Source: Spirochaetia bacterium | Lineage (GTDB): Bacteria > Spirochaetota > Spirochaetia > CAKZLE01 | NCBI GenBank assembly: GCA_963677595.1 | Contig: OY782041.1 | Location: 1,952,001-2,016,000, forward strand | Direction of reading: 5' to 3' | DNA: 64,000 bases | Shown: in pieces, positions 37,735 to 46,732 of the stretch | How positions within the stretch are numbered: position 1 is the stretch's first letter | Layout: every line of letters starts with the position of its first letter | Program-made: the position numbers and the translations under genes | Notes under the pieces: model-generated | What the model saw: the letters and a program-made list of their open reading frames with translations, nothing else | What the model was told of the DNA's origin: nothing | Databases searched by the model: none

Positions 37735-38292
37735 CTAGCTCTCCAGCTCGCGGCGGATGGCACGCAGGGCAGCTTCATCCAAACCCGTGATGGAAGCGAT
37801 GTCATAAAAGGACATGTGCCGCCCCAGCATCCGTCTGGCCATCTCCTCTTGCGCCTCAGCCCAGCCCTGGTTGTATTCCTTGGAGTGAGTATCTGCCTCC
37901 CCTGCAGCTTCCTGCTCTTCTTCAGCTGGAAGTTCTCCATCCTCTATGAGCTGTTTCTTGATAGACAGGATCTGTTCTTCAGAGAATCTCGTGATAGTGA
38001 TGATATCATCGATCAGGTAGTTGTTTCTCAGCAGATACTTGACTCGCTCGACTTTCAGGGCTGCCTGCGCTTCAGGTTCAGCACGCACAAGACCTTCTGC
38101 ATATGCTGCCTCATAGGCTTCCGTTCCCTTTTCCGCAAGTTCTCTAGCATAGGCTTCAGCAAAGCTTTTTATAAAAGCATCATAGAAGGCATCTTCGTAG
38201 ATACCAATCTCCCGAGCTACTGCATCAATCTCTGCCAGTCTCCGTCGCTCTTCATAGTACTCCCATTTTTCCTTCTCACTGATGTGTATCAT
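37735..38292 (-). CDS. Hypothetical protein made of two Rpn C-terminal-tail-like modules (possibly a degenerate duplication)
   Basis: MIHISEKEKWEYYEERRRLAEIDAVARE aligns with Rpn MVHVSADEELRYAYVRKSMAELDEAARE; two tail HTH-like motifs (IDDIITITRFSEEQI, FYDIASITGLDEAAL). Confidence 0.6.
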   Translation of the reverse strand: MIHISEKEKWEYYEERRRLAEIDAVAREIGIYEDAFYDAFIKSFAEAYARELAEKGTEAYEAAYAEGLVRAEPEAQAALKVERVKYLLRNNYLIDDIITITRFSEEQILSIKKQLIEDGELPAEEEQEAAGEADTHSKEYNQGWAEAQEEMARRMLGRHMSFYDIASITGLDEAALRAIRRELES

Positions 38293-38361
38293 TGTTCCAT
38301 TGCCTCCTCGAAGGCCAGATGCTCATCTCTTAAGTTCCTCGACAAGCTGAGCCTCTGGCTT

Positions 38362-39291
38362 CTAGCCCAGGATCTTCAGGACTTCAGCCTCTGTTAAGTC
38401 TGCCACACGTGCGATCATGGATATATCGGAGGATTCAGCCGCAAGCCGCTTGACTGTCGCTTCCTTCTCTTCTTCCTTGCCTTCAGCTTTGCCTTTAGCC
38501 AGGTATGTAGTAGCAGTATCCTCTACGAGTGCCGCCTCACGGGCAGCTTCATCGAGTTCCGCCATACTCTTCCGGACATATGCATACCGGAGCTCTTCAT
38601 CCGCACTTACATGTACCATCTGCTTCATCGCCTCCTCGAAGATCCTGTTCTGATGGGAGAGTTCTTCCAGCCCTTCCAAGTCTTCAGCCCTGAAGAACCT
38701 CGTCCACTGATCCCTCAGGCTTTCGGGATCATCATGGTCCATACGCTTAAGTTCTACGAAGACCATCTCCATGAGGTCCGTGAACTCTGCTTTCGTCTCC
38801 CGGTCATGGAAGGTTATGTGCCGTATATAGGACCTGGTCGTATCCTGCTTCTCTTCGTAGTTCTCTTCGTTCTTCTCTTCTTCCGTCTCTATCAGATTAT
38901 AGCATAATAAGTTCAAGGTTACAGCCCTGCCGGACTTTGCATATCGGTCTCCCCTCTTGATCTGGCTTGAGTAGAGGCGGGCAAGGTAATGCAGGCTGCG
39001 GGGAATGATGTCAAACTCATTGCGGACCTGGATCTCGACATCGATGTGTTCGTTGCCTGCGGTCTTGACCCGCAGGTCAAGGCGGAAGAGCTTGTTATCG
39101 GGGTAATCTCGCTCCTTTTCCGTAGTCATGATCGTGATGTCCTCCGGGCTCTTCGGGGAGATGTCGAGGTAGGCGGTGAGCAGGGAGAGCAGCAGGTCCT
39201 TGTTCTCCTCCTTGGTGAAGATCGCCTTGAAGACGATGTCACTGGTAAGCGGCAGTAAGGTGCTGTTCCCGTACTTGATCTCTTTAAACAT
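38362..39291 (-). CDS. Rpn family recombination-promoting nuclease / PD-(D/E)XK-like protein
   Basis: SDIVFKAIF, RLDLRV..IDVEIQ, RSLHYLARLYSSQ, FVELKR, GKAEGKEE tail; SD AGGAGG before ATG 39291. Confidence 0.9.
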   Translation of the reverse strand: MFKEIKYGNSTLLPLTSDIVFKAIFTKEENKDLLLSLLTAYLDISPKSPEDITIMTTEKERDYPDNKLFRLDLRVKTAGNEHIDVEIQVRNEFDIIPRSLHYLARLYSSQIKRGDRYAKSGRAVTLNLLCYNLIETEEEKNEENYEEKQDTTRSYIRHITFHDRETKAEFTDLMEMVFVELKRMDHDDPESLRDQWTRFFRAEDLEGLEELSHQNRIFEEAMKQMVHVSADEELRYAYVRKSMAELDEAAREAALVEDTATTYLAKGKAEGKEEEKEATVKRLAAESSDISMIARVADLTEAEVLKILG

Positions 39292-39361
39292 GCGGGTTCC
39301 TCCTGTGTTCGTATATCTACTACAAACAGGATTCAGGTCGATTTGATTCAAGAATAAAGAA

Positions 39362-39392
39362 GACCTGTGGAAATTGGGTATTTCCACAGGTC
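39362..39392 (-). terminator. Rho-independent terminator of the cys/met operon
   Basis: Perfect 13-bp stem GACCTGTGGAAAT/ATTTCCACAGGTC followed by a T-rich tract on the minus strand. Confidence 0.8.
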
Positions 39393-39418
39393 GTTACTGT
39401 ATTGGAAGGTAAAGGAAG

Positions 39419-40318
39419 TCAGATCTCATATGGGGTATCGAGGTAGCACTTCTTGAGCCACTGCAGGAAGAACTCCTGGCCGTGTGAGCGCCAGTTGTTC
39501 ACCGGGTGGTCAATATCGATGTTCACGGGAGGCTGGACGTCGGTCCTGCCTGCGGCTACATCGCGCCGGTACTCCTCGATGAGCCGGTCCGTCCGGTATT
39601 CGGAATGACCGAGGTGCATGAGGAACTTCTCGTCACTGCTCTCGAAGATGGTATACCCGGCATCCTCGTTATAGGCGAGCAGCCTGATATGCCCTTTTGC
39701 GGCCTCTTCCTCCAGTACCTTGTCCGGGATCCCGGAATGCCGGGATTGGGGACACCAGTAGACATCGTCGAGGTCCCCCGTGACCCGGTGGGTCCGGTCG
39801 ATGTTCTTCGTGGGGTAGAGGCCGAAGAGCTTCTTCTCGTAGTTCTGCTTCTCGATCCCGAGGTATTTTGCCAGGGCGAGACCGCCCCAGCAGATGCCCA
39901 GGGTAGCAGCGATATGCTCATGGGCGTAATCGAGGATCCGGGTGAACTCATCCCAGTAGGTGACCTTCTCGAAGGGCATGACCTCGACCGGTGCCCCGGT
40001 GATGATCAGCCCGTCGAAGCCCCTTTCCCGGGTTGCCTCGTCGAAGGTCACATAGTGCTCATCGATATGCTCCCGGTCGCTGCTGGAGTAGGAGTGGGTG
40101 TGGAGCCTGAGGAATACCGGTTCGATCTGGATGATGGACCTGCCCAGCAGGTAGAGCAGGCTGAACTCATAGGTCTCTGCCTTGGGCATGATGTTCAGGA
40201 TGCCGATTCGCAGCGGCCTGATATCCTGCCGGTTCGCCTGCCTGGGGGTTATGCAGTGGACCCTGTGGTCCTGCAGCTGTCTCTCAATATGATACTGTTC
40301 CGGTATGATGATGGACAT
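39419..40318 (-). CDS. metA: Homoserine O-acyltransferase, MetA family (acetyl-type signature)
   Basis: QDIRPLRIGILNIMP, DGLIITGAPVE, ICWG, PQSRHS, GHSEY, WRSHG. Confidence 0.93.
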   Translation of the reverse strand: MSIIIPEQYHIERQLQDHRVHCITPRQANRQDIRPLRIGILNIMPKAETYEFSLLYLLGRSIIQIEPVFLRLHTHSYSSSDREHIDEHYVTFDEATRERGFDGLIITGAPVEVMPFEKVTYWDEFTRILDYAHEHIAATLGICWGGLALAKYLGIEKQNYEKKLFGLYPTKNIDRTHRVTGDLDDVYWCPQSRHSGIPDKVLEEEAAKGHIRLLAYNEDAGYTIFESSDEKFLMHLGHSEYRTDRLIEEYRRDVAAGRTDVQPPVNIDIDHPVNNWRSHGQEFFLQWLKKCYLDTPYEI

Positions 40319-40320
40319 GG

Positions 40321-41598
40321 TTACTCCTGGTTCAGTGCCTGGTCGATATCCTCGATGATATCATCGATATGCTCTATCCCGACGGAGAGCCTGATCAGGT
40401 CAGGGGTGATCCCCCCTTCTGCCTGCTGCTCCTCGTTCAACTGGGAATGGGTCGTCGATGCCGGGTGGATCGCCAACGTCTTCGCATCCCCCACATTAGC
40501 CAGGTGTGAGGCCAGCTTCAGGTTGTTGATGAACCGTGATCCTGCCTCCTTCCCGCCCTTCACACCGAAGACTACCATCCCGCCGCAGCCGTTCTCAAGC
40601 AGCCGTCCTGCCGCTTCATAGGCAGGGTCATCGGCAAGGCCGGGGTACCTGACCCAGGAGACCTTCGGGTGGTCTTTTAGGAACTCGGCTGTCTTGAGCG
40701 CATTCTCGCTGTGCCGTTCCATCCTGAGGGCGAGGGTCTCGATCCCCTGCAGGAACATCCAGGCGTTGTCAGGACTGATGCAGGCCCCGAGGTTTCGCAG
40801 GGGTACCAGCCGCATCCTCAGGATGAAGGCGAGGCTGTTCAGGTCCCCGAGGTCATGTGCATACCTGATGTCATGGTAGGAGGCATCCGGCTCGTTGTAG
40901 AGCGTGAACTTCTCGTCGGTCCAGTCGAACTTCCCACTGTCGACCACGATCCCGCCGATCCCGGTCCCGTGACCGCCGATCCATTTGGTCAGGGAGTGGA
41001 TAACGATGTCCGCACCATGCTCGATCGGCCGGATGTGGTAGGGGGTGGTGAAGGTGGAGTCGACTGCCAGCGGCAGGTGGTGCCGCTTCGCCACGGCTGA
41101 GATCGCCTCGAGGTCGGCGATATCAAGTGACGGGTTGCCGATGATCTCGGTATAGATCAGGCGGGTCTTCTCATTGATCGCGGCTTCAAGTGCCCCGATG
41201 TCATTCGGGTTGACGAACCGGACGGTGATGCCCATCTCCGGCAGGATGTTGTTGAACATCGTATAAGTACCGCCGTAGAGGTTGGTCGAGGCCACGACCT
41301 CTTCACCCTTCCGGCAGATATTGATGACCGTGTAGAAGATCGCAGATGTACCCGAAGAGAGGGCGAGAGCGGCAGCGCCCCCCTCGAGGGCGGCTACCCG
41401 TTTTTCCAGGACATCCTGGGTCGGGTTCTGCAGCCTGGTGTAGATGTTTCCCAACTCCTTCAGCGCGAAGAGGTCGGCCGCGTGGTCAGTGTCCTTGAAC
41501 AGGTAGGCGCTTGTCCTGTGTACCGGGACCCCGCAGGAACCCGTCTGGTCGGTCTGGATCCCTGCATGCAGGGCAAGTGTCTCGAATCTATGGCTCAT
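40321..41598 (-). CDS. metY: O-acetylhomoserine aminocarboxypropyltransferase (sulfhydrylase)
   Basis: [45 protein letters not shown]. Confidence 0.93.
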   Translation of the reverse strand: MSHRFETLALHAGIQTDQTGSCGVPVHRTSAYLFKDTDHAADLFALKELGNIYTRLQNPTQDVLEKRVAALEGGAAALALSSGTSAIFYTVINICRKGEEVVASTNLYGGTYTMFNNILPEMGITVRFVNPNDIGALEAAINEKTRLIYTEIIGNPSLDIADLEAISAVAKRHHLPLAVDSTFTTPYHIRPIEHGADIVIHSLTKWIGGHGTGIGGIVVDSGKFDWTDEKFTLYNEPDASYHDIRYAHDLGDLNSLAFILRMRLVPLRNLGACISPDNAWMFLQGIETLALRMERHSENALKTAEFLKDHPKVSWVRYPGLADDPAYEAAGRLLENGCGGMVVFGVKGGKEAGSRFINNLKLASHLANVGDAKTLAIHPASTTHSQLNEEQQAEGGITPDLIRLSVGIEHIDDIIEDIDQALNQE

Positions 41599-41609
41599 GT
41601 ATTCCTCCG

Positions 41610-42545
41610 TCAGTTGCTTTCCTGGAAGATCCAGGTTGATAAGTATCGCTCCCCGGTGTCGGGAAGGATGACGATAAAGCGTTTCCCCTCATTGGGAATG
41701 GTTTTCGCGACCTCATAGGCGGCAGTCACAGCTGCCCCGGATGAGATGCCTACGAAGAGTCCCTCGGTCTTGGCTAGCTGCCGGGTCATACTGGCGGCTG
41801 ACTCATTCGAGACAGCCTTCACCTCATCGATCAGCCCGATGTCGAGGACCTCAGGGATGAATCCTGCCCCGATACCCTGGATCTTGTGTGGTCCGGGTCC
41901 ATTCCCGGACAGGACCGCGGAATCTTTTGGTTCGACTCCTATGATCTGTATATTCGGGATCGCGTCCTTCAACACAGACCCATTGCCTGAAATAGTCCCT
42001 CCGGTACCGATACCGGCTACAAAGTAGTCGACCTTACCTTCGGTATCCTCAAGGATCTCCACTGCGGTCGTCCTGCGGTGGGTCTCCGGGTTCGCGGGGT
42101 TCGTGAACTGCTGGGGCATGAAGCTTCCCGGGTTCTCAGACACGATCTCCTCCGCCTTCTCGATGGCAGCCTTCATCCCGCCGGCAGCGGGGGTGAGTAC
42201 CAGTTCAGCTCCCAATGCCTTCAGGAGGTTTCGCCGTTCCAGGCTCATCGACTCGGGCATCGTCAGGATGATCCGGTAGCCCCTGGCTGCCGAGATGTAG
42301 GCAAGCCCGACGCCGGTGTTCCCGCTCGTTGGCTCGACGATGAGAGATCCTTTTGTGAGGAGTCCCCTCTTCTCGGCATCCTCGATCATCCCCAGGGCGA
42401 TTCGGTCCTTGACCGAGGCGAGCGGGTTGAAGGACTCGACCTTCGCTATGATCTCGTTACCCGTCTCATCTGATAATGAATTGATCCGGACGAGCGGGGT
42501 CTTCCCGATCAGGTCCGTTATACTTCCTGCTATCCTCATACTCAT
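41610..42545 (-). CDS. cysK: Cysteine synthase A
   Basis: IGKTPLV, SVKDRIA, EPTSGNTG, GIGTGGT, HKIQGIGAGF, PDTGERYLST. Confidence 0.96.
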   Translation of the reverse strand: MSMRIAGSITDLIGKTPLVRINSLSDETGNEIIAKVESFNPLASVKDRIALGMIEDAEKRGLLTKGSLIVEPTSGNTGVGLAYISAARGYRIILTMPESMSLERRNLLKALGAELVLTPAAGGMKAAIEKAEEIVSENPGSFMPQQFTNPANPETHRRTTAVEILEDTEGKVDYFVAGIGTGGTISGNGSVLKDAIPNIQIIGVEPKDSAVLSGNGPGPHKIQGIGAGFIPEVLDIGLIDEVKAVSNESAASMTRQLAKTEGLFVGISSGAAVTAAYEVAKTIPNEGKRFIVILPDTGERYLSTWIFQESN

Positions 42546-42561
42546 CTCCTCTTGTCCTCAC

Positions 42562-43002
42562 CTAGATGACATAGTCGGCCATGAACTCTGAATTCTCCTC
42601 TTTGAGGATCAGATCTTCCAATGTGTATTTCTCAAGGACTTCCCTGATAGCCTGGTAGAGCTCGTTCCATACCGGCTGAGTTGCACAGATACCATTCTTC
42701 GGGCAGTTGGCTTCATTGGTGTCGACGCAGTAGACCGGGACGATGGTGCCCTCTAAAGCCTCGACCACCTGGAGGACGGTGATCGTCGAGGGATGCCGGG
42801 TCAGCTGGTAGCCGCCATGGGCTCCCCTGATGGTCCGTATCAAGCCTGCCGCCTTCAGCGTGATCAGGATGTTCTCGATATAGGAGTCGGGGACCTGCTG
42901 GGTCTCGACGATCTCCTTGCGCTTGATAGGGGCGTTCCCATACCGCTTCGCGATCTCTAATATAGCCCGTGTCCCGTATCTTCCCTTTGTCGATAATCTC
43001 AT
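42562..43002 (-). CDS. Rrf2 family regulator (CymR/IscR-like)
   Basis: MRLSTKGRYG, RGAHGGYQL, C-x6-C-x5-C cluster (CVDTNEANCPKNGIC). Confidence 0.9.
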   Translation of the reverse strand: MRLSTKGRYGTRAILEIAKRYGNAPIKRKEIVETQQVPDSYIENILITLKAAGLIRTIRGAHGGYQLTRHPSTITVLQVVEALEGTIVPVYCVDTNEANCPKNGICATQPVWNELYQAIREVLEKYTLEDLILKEENSEFMADYVI

Positions 43003-43012
43003 ACGCCGTCCT

Positions 43013-43071
43013 TAATGTTTATAAAACTAGTGAACATAATGAACATTACCAATAATCGGGAGAGAAATCAA
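43013..43071 (-). promoter_or_regulatory. Promoter and imperfect palindrome upstream of rrf2
   Basis: Minus strand TTGATT-N17-TAATGT; ATGTTTAT-N7-GTGAACAT near-palindrome just downstream. Confidence 0.5.
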
Positions 43072-43090
43072 GAGTCTGACTGAATATTTT

Positions 43091-43654
43091 TTACGAATTT
43101 TCTATGATCGACGAGATCTGGCGTACTGCGGTACGTACGGCGGCGGGGAATGAACTCCCGCTGTCAAAGAAGGGTATCCCCAATGCAGCGCATTGCCCGG
43201 ACATGACCCTGCCTTCCCTGATGAAGTCGCCGAGTATCTTCAGCATCTCCCCATCCGGGGTGTTCACCGTCCAGTCCTCTTCTCGCTGGTAGGCCCTGAT
43301 ATCCTGGAGCTTCTCCTCAGGGCTCATCCCGGGATACCCCAGATAGAGTGCGGGGATGCCGAGAGGTGCGACCTCCCGGTGGTAATCCTCAGGATACAGC
43401 TGGTAGAGGTCCAGGATGAAATCGGATGCCTCATAAGCGAGATGCAGGCAGAAGGAGCGGACGAAGGCTGCGAGGACCGGGCTGAACTCATGGTTGTCAT
43501 CAAGGTGGTGTATCCCGGTTCCAGGATAGAGTTCTTCGAGTGTCGAGATGATGCTGTCCATGGGCACATAGTTGAATCGGGGATAAGCCCGGCAGACCTC
43601 TTTGATGATGGTCGATTTTCCTGAACGTGATGTTCCCGCTACGATGATGGTCAT
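43091..43654 (-). CDS. Hypothetical P-loop (kinase-like) protein
   Basis: N-terminal Walker A GTSRSGKS. Confidence 0.65.
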   Translation of the reverse strand: MTIIVAGTSRSGKSTIIKEVCRAYPRFNYVPMDSIISTLEELYPGTGIHHLDDNHEFSPVLAAFVRSFCLHLAYEASDFILDLYQLYPEDYHREVAPLGIPALYLGYPGMSPEEKLQDIRAYQREEDWTVNTPDGEMLKILGDFIREGRVMSGQCAALGIPFFDSGSSFPAAVRTAVRQISSIIENS

Positions 43655-43686
43655 ATTTCCCCCTGTATGCTTCCTGAAGAAAGTCC

Positions 43687-43741
43687 TTGACGGAACAGGA
43701 AACCTGTTCTACACTTAGTTTGTTCGACGGATAAACTAAGT
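43687..43741 (+). promoter_or_regulatory. Promoter plus XylR/ROK-type operator
   Basis: TTGACG-N17-TACACT; ACTTAGTTT-N11-AAACTAAGT (43713-43741) resembles the Bacillus xylO palindrome. Confidence 0.8.
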
Positions 43742-43760
43742 ATAGATGACGGGAGCTGCC

Positions 43761-44951
43761 ATGTCAAGAATCGGTGATAACGAACTGATCAAGAACCTCA
43801 ACTACAAGACCATCCTCGATGCCATCCGCACTGCGGGGGCTATCTCAAGGATCGAACTGTCGAGAAGGACCGGCCTCTCGAGATCCACCTGTTCAGGGAT
43901 CTGCGATCGGATGCTCAGGCAGGGGGTCATCCACGAGACCGGGAAGAGCGACTCCTCCGGCGGGAGGAGGGCGACGCTGCTCGAGATCCAGAACAGGGCG
44001 GGGGTCGTGCTCGGGATGAAGCTGATGGACGGCCTGATTGACGGGGCCGTCGTAGACCTGGAAGGGACGGTACTCAACCACCAGGTGACCACCATCCCCA
44101 GGCACCTGACCCCGGAAGCCTACATCTCGGAGATCGTCGATATCTTCACCGCCATCAGGTCTGCCCATAAGGAGCTGCTCCCCGAGGTCCCGATCCTCGG
44201 GATCGGGGTAGGCATCAGCGGCAGGATCGATGCAGAGCAGGGTATCCTGATCGAGAGTTCTGTCCTGGACTGGAAGGATCTCCCCTTACGGGATCTTCTT
44301 GAGGAGCGATTGAGACTCCCCATCTTCGTGGAGAATGATGTGAACTCCCTCGCATTCGGGGAACGGTTCTTCGGGTCGGGTCGTGACTATGACAACTTCC
44401 TCTGTCTTACCATCGGGGAGGGGATCGGTCTCGGGATCATCCATGATGGGGAACTCTTCTCCGGGAACCATAATTCAGCAGGTGAGATCGGCCATATCAG
44501 GGTATCGCTTGATGCGGATGCGCCGGGATGTGCCTGCGGGAGGAAGGGGTGCCTCGAGGCATATGCCGCAGACCGGGCGATCTTAGCCTCCTATGAGCAG
44601 GCGACAGGCGAAGCCTGCACGATCTCAGAACTGGTAGCCCGGGCCGATGCCCAGGATGCCGATGCGGTTGCAGCCTTCAGGAGGGCAGGGTCCTATCTCG
44701 GGCTCGCGCTCTCGACGACCGTGAACCTCTTCGACCCGCAGGCCGTGATCATCGGCGGGGAGCGGGTGGATGCAGCCGGCCATTTCCTGCAGACGATGAA
44801 GGAGGTCTTCGAAGAGAACTCCGTCTATAACCTCGCCCATGAGGTCGAGCTCATCGTCATGGAACCCTCCAATGACCTCTGGGTCAGGGGGGTTGCCGCC
44901 CTTGCGATCCGGGAGTTCTTTTCCCGAAGTGAATCCTGGGAGGCTCTCTGA
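43761..44951 (+). CDS. ROK family transcriptional repressor
   Basis: N-terminal HTH (ISRIELSRRTGLSRST), GGRR, ENDVN, GEIGH, CACGRKGCLE. Confidence 0.93.
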   Translation: MSRIGDNELIKNLNYKTILDAIRTAGAISRIELSRRTGLSRSTCSGICDRMLRQGVIHETGKSDSSGGRRATLLEIQNRAGVVLGMKLMDGLIDGAVVDLEGTVLNHQVTTIPRHLTPEAYISEIVDIFTAIRSAHKELLPEVPILGIGVGISGRIDAEQGILIESSVLDWKDLPLRDLLEERLRLPIFVENDVNSLAFGERFFGSGRDYDNFLCLTIGEGIGLGIIHDGELFSGNHNSAGEIGHIRVSLDADAPGCACGRKGCLEAYAADRAILASYEQATGEACTISELVARADAQDADAVAAFRRAGSYLGLALSTTVNLFDPQAVIIGGERVDAAGHFLQTMKEVFEENSVYNLAHEVELIVMEPSNDLWVRGVAALAIREFFSRSESWEAL

Positions 44952-45844
44952 TGTATACCGGATCCAAGCAGCAGACGAGGCAGGCGGTCATCCTGTTCCT
45001 TCTCCCTGCAGCAGCAGCCCTGGCACTCTTCTTCCTCCTCCCGATCCTCGTATCGGCAGTCATGTGCTTCCTGGACTATGACCCCCTCAAAGGCTTCGAG
45101 GCGATCACGTTTGCCGGCCTGGACCATTTCAGGCGGCTCTTCTCAACAGAGGACCTTGCCCAGCAGTTTCGTCATGTGCTCTATTATATGGTGCTCTACA
45201 TCCCGCTCATCCTCATCACCTCCATGTCAGAAGCGCTGGTCCTCAATCGCGATTTCATCGGGAAGAAGATCTACAAGATCCTCTTCTACCTCCCGGTCAT
45301 CTCCTCCTGGGTCGCCGTTGCCCTCATCTGGAAGTGGCTGCTCAACGGCAAATACGGCCTGATCAACAACTGGCTGCTGCTCCTCGGCATCGACGGCCCG
45401 AGCTGGATGACCTCCCAGGTCTGGGCGATGCCGGGGGTAGTCCTGGCGGCAGTCTGGAAGGATACGGGGTATTACGCACTGATCCTGCTCGCAGCCTTGA
45501 AGGGCATCGACAGGACCTACTACGAGGCGGCGAGGATCGATGGGGCAACCGGGTGGCAGCGGTTCAAAGGCATCACGCTCCCGCTGATCTCCCCGACGAT
45601 GTTCCTGCTCGTCATCATCAACGTGATCAACGGGTTCCAGGTCTTCGAGTCGATCTACATCATGACCGACGGCGGTCCTGCAGGGGCGACCCGGGTGCCG
45701 GTGGAGCAGATCTACAAGAATGCATTCACCTATTTCAATATGGGGTATGCCTCGACGATCGCCTGGTCGCTTGCGATCGTGATCTTCATCGTCACGATCG
45801 TCCAATTCAAGTTCCAGGACAGGTGGGTGACCTATGAAGGCTGA
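44951..45844 (+). CDS. Carbohydrate ABC transporter permease
   Basis: EAA loop YYEAARIDGA..ITLPLISPT. Confidence 0.93.
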   Translation: MYTGSKQQTRQAVILFLLPAAAALALFFLLPILVSAVMCFLDYDPLKGFEAITFAGLDHFRRLFSTEDLAQQFRHVLYYMVLYIPLILITSMSEALVLNRDFIGKKIYKILFYLPVISSWVAVALIWKWLLNGKYGLINNWLLLLGIDGPSWMTSQVWAMPGVVLAAVWKDTGYYALILLAALKGIDRTYYEAARIDGATGWQRFKGITLPLISPTMFLLVIINVINGFQVFESIYIMTDGGPAGATRVPVEQIYKNAFTYFNMGYASTIAWSLAIVIFIVTIVQFKFQDRWVTYEG

Positions 45845-46667
45845 GAAAGATATCAAGCGGATACTCTTCTATACCGCGATCACGCTTATCGCGCTCGCAG
45901 CGCTCGTTCCCTTTCTCTGGATGGTCAGCACCTCCTTCAAGGCACGGGAAGCCATCCACACGATCCCCATCAGGTGGATCCCGAAGGAACCGAGCGTCGA
46001 GGCCTATACCCAGATCTTCAGCCTGAGTAACGTGAACTTCGCGCGGTCGATCCTCAACAGCTTCTATGTCTCGATCCTGCTGACGATCATCCCGCTGCTG
46101 ACCTCGGCCATGGCTGCCTTCGCCTTCGCAAAGCTGGAGTTCAGGGGCAAGAACCTCCTTTTCAGCATCTTCCTCTTCACGATGATGCTCCCCGGGACGA
46201 TCACGATGATCCCGAACTTCATCACATTGAAGAGCCTGGGGCTGCTGAACAGGTACCTTGCCCTGCTGCTCCCTGCCCTGTGCAATGCCTTCGCCATCTT
46301 CTTCATCAGGCAGAACATGATGCGCATCAGCAATGTCTACATCGAGGCAGCCATGATGGACGGGGCATCGCTCTACCGGGTCTTCTGGATGATTATGCTG
46401 CCGCTCTCGAAGCCGGTGCTCTTCACCATGGGGCTCTTCAACTTCATGGGGGCCTGGAACAATTTCCTCTGGCCGCTGATCGTTCTCTCGAACAGGAACA
46501 AGTGGACGCTGCAGCTCGGCCTGGGGAATATGGGAACACAGTTCGGGAACTACCAGCACTACCTGATGGCAGGTTCCCTCATCTCGATCGTGCCGATCGT
46601 CATCGTCTACATCATCGCGCAGAAATATGTGGAAGAAGGGCTCTCCACGGGAGGCCTCAAAGGATAG
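45834..46667 (+). CDS. Carbohydrate ABC transporter permease
   Basis: EAAMMDGAS..IMLPLSKP, WNNFLWPL. Confidence 0.93.
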   Translation: MKAEKDIKRILFYTAITLIALAALVPFLWMVSTSFKAREAIHTIPIRWIPKEPSVEAYTQIFSLSNVNFARSILNSFYVSILLTIIPLLTSAMAAFAFAKLEFRGKNLLFSIFLFTMMLPGTITMIPNFITLKSLGLLNRYLALLLPALCNAFAIFFIRQNMMRISNVYIEAAMMDGASLYRVFWMIMLPLSKPVLFTMGLFNFMGAWNNFLWPLIVLSNRNKWTLQLGLGNMGTQFGNYQHYLMAGSLISIVPIVIVYIIAQKYVEEGLSTGGLKG

Positions 46668-46732
46668 CTTGGCCCCGGACCAATCGATTCCGGATAGAAA
46701 TACCATATGGATTATGGAAAAAGGAGTTAGAA

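Noticed and set aside
38362-39291. IS element or transposase
   Set aside because: Rpn proteins are often labelled putative transposases, but no terminal inverted repeats or target duplications are visible
46280-46732. Long N-terminal extensions in the ORF track (also 13211, 17208, 18580, 30139, 39387, 59681, 7225)
   Set aside because: They overlap upstream genes or terminators; downstream starts with SD sites or ATGA coupling fit the families better
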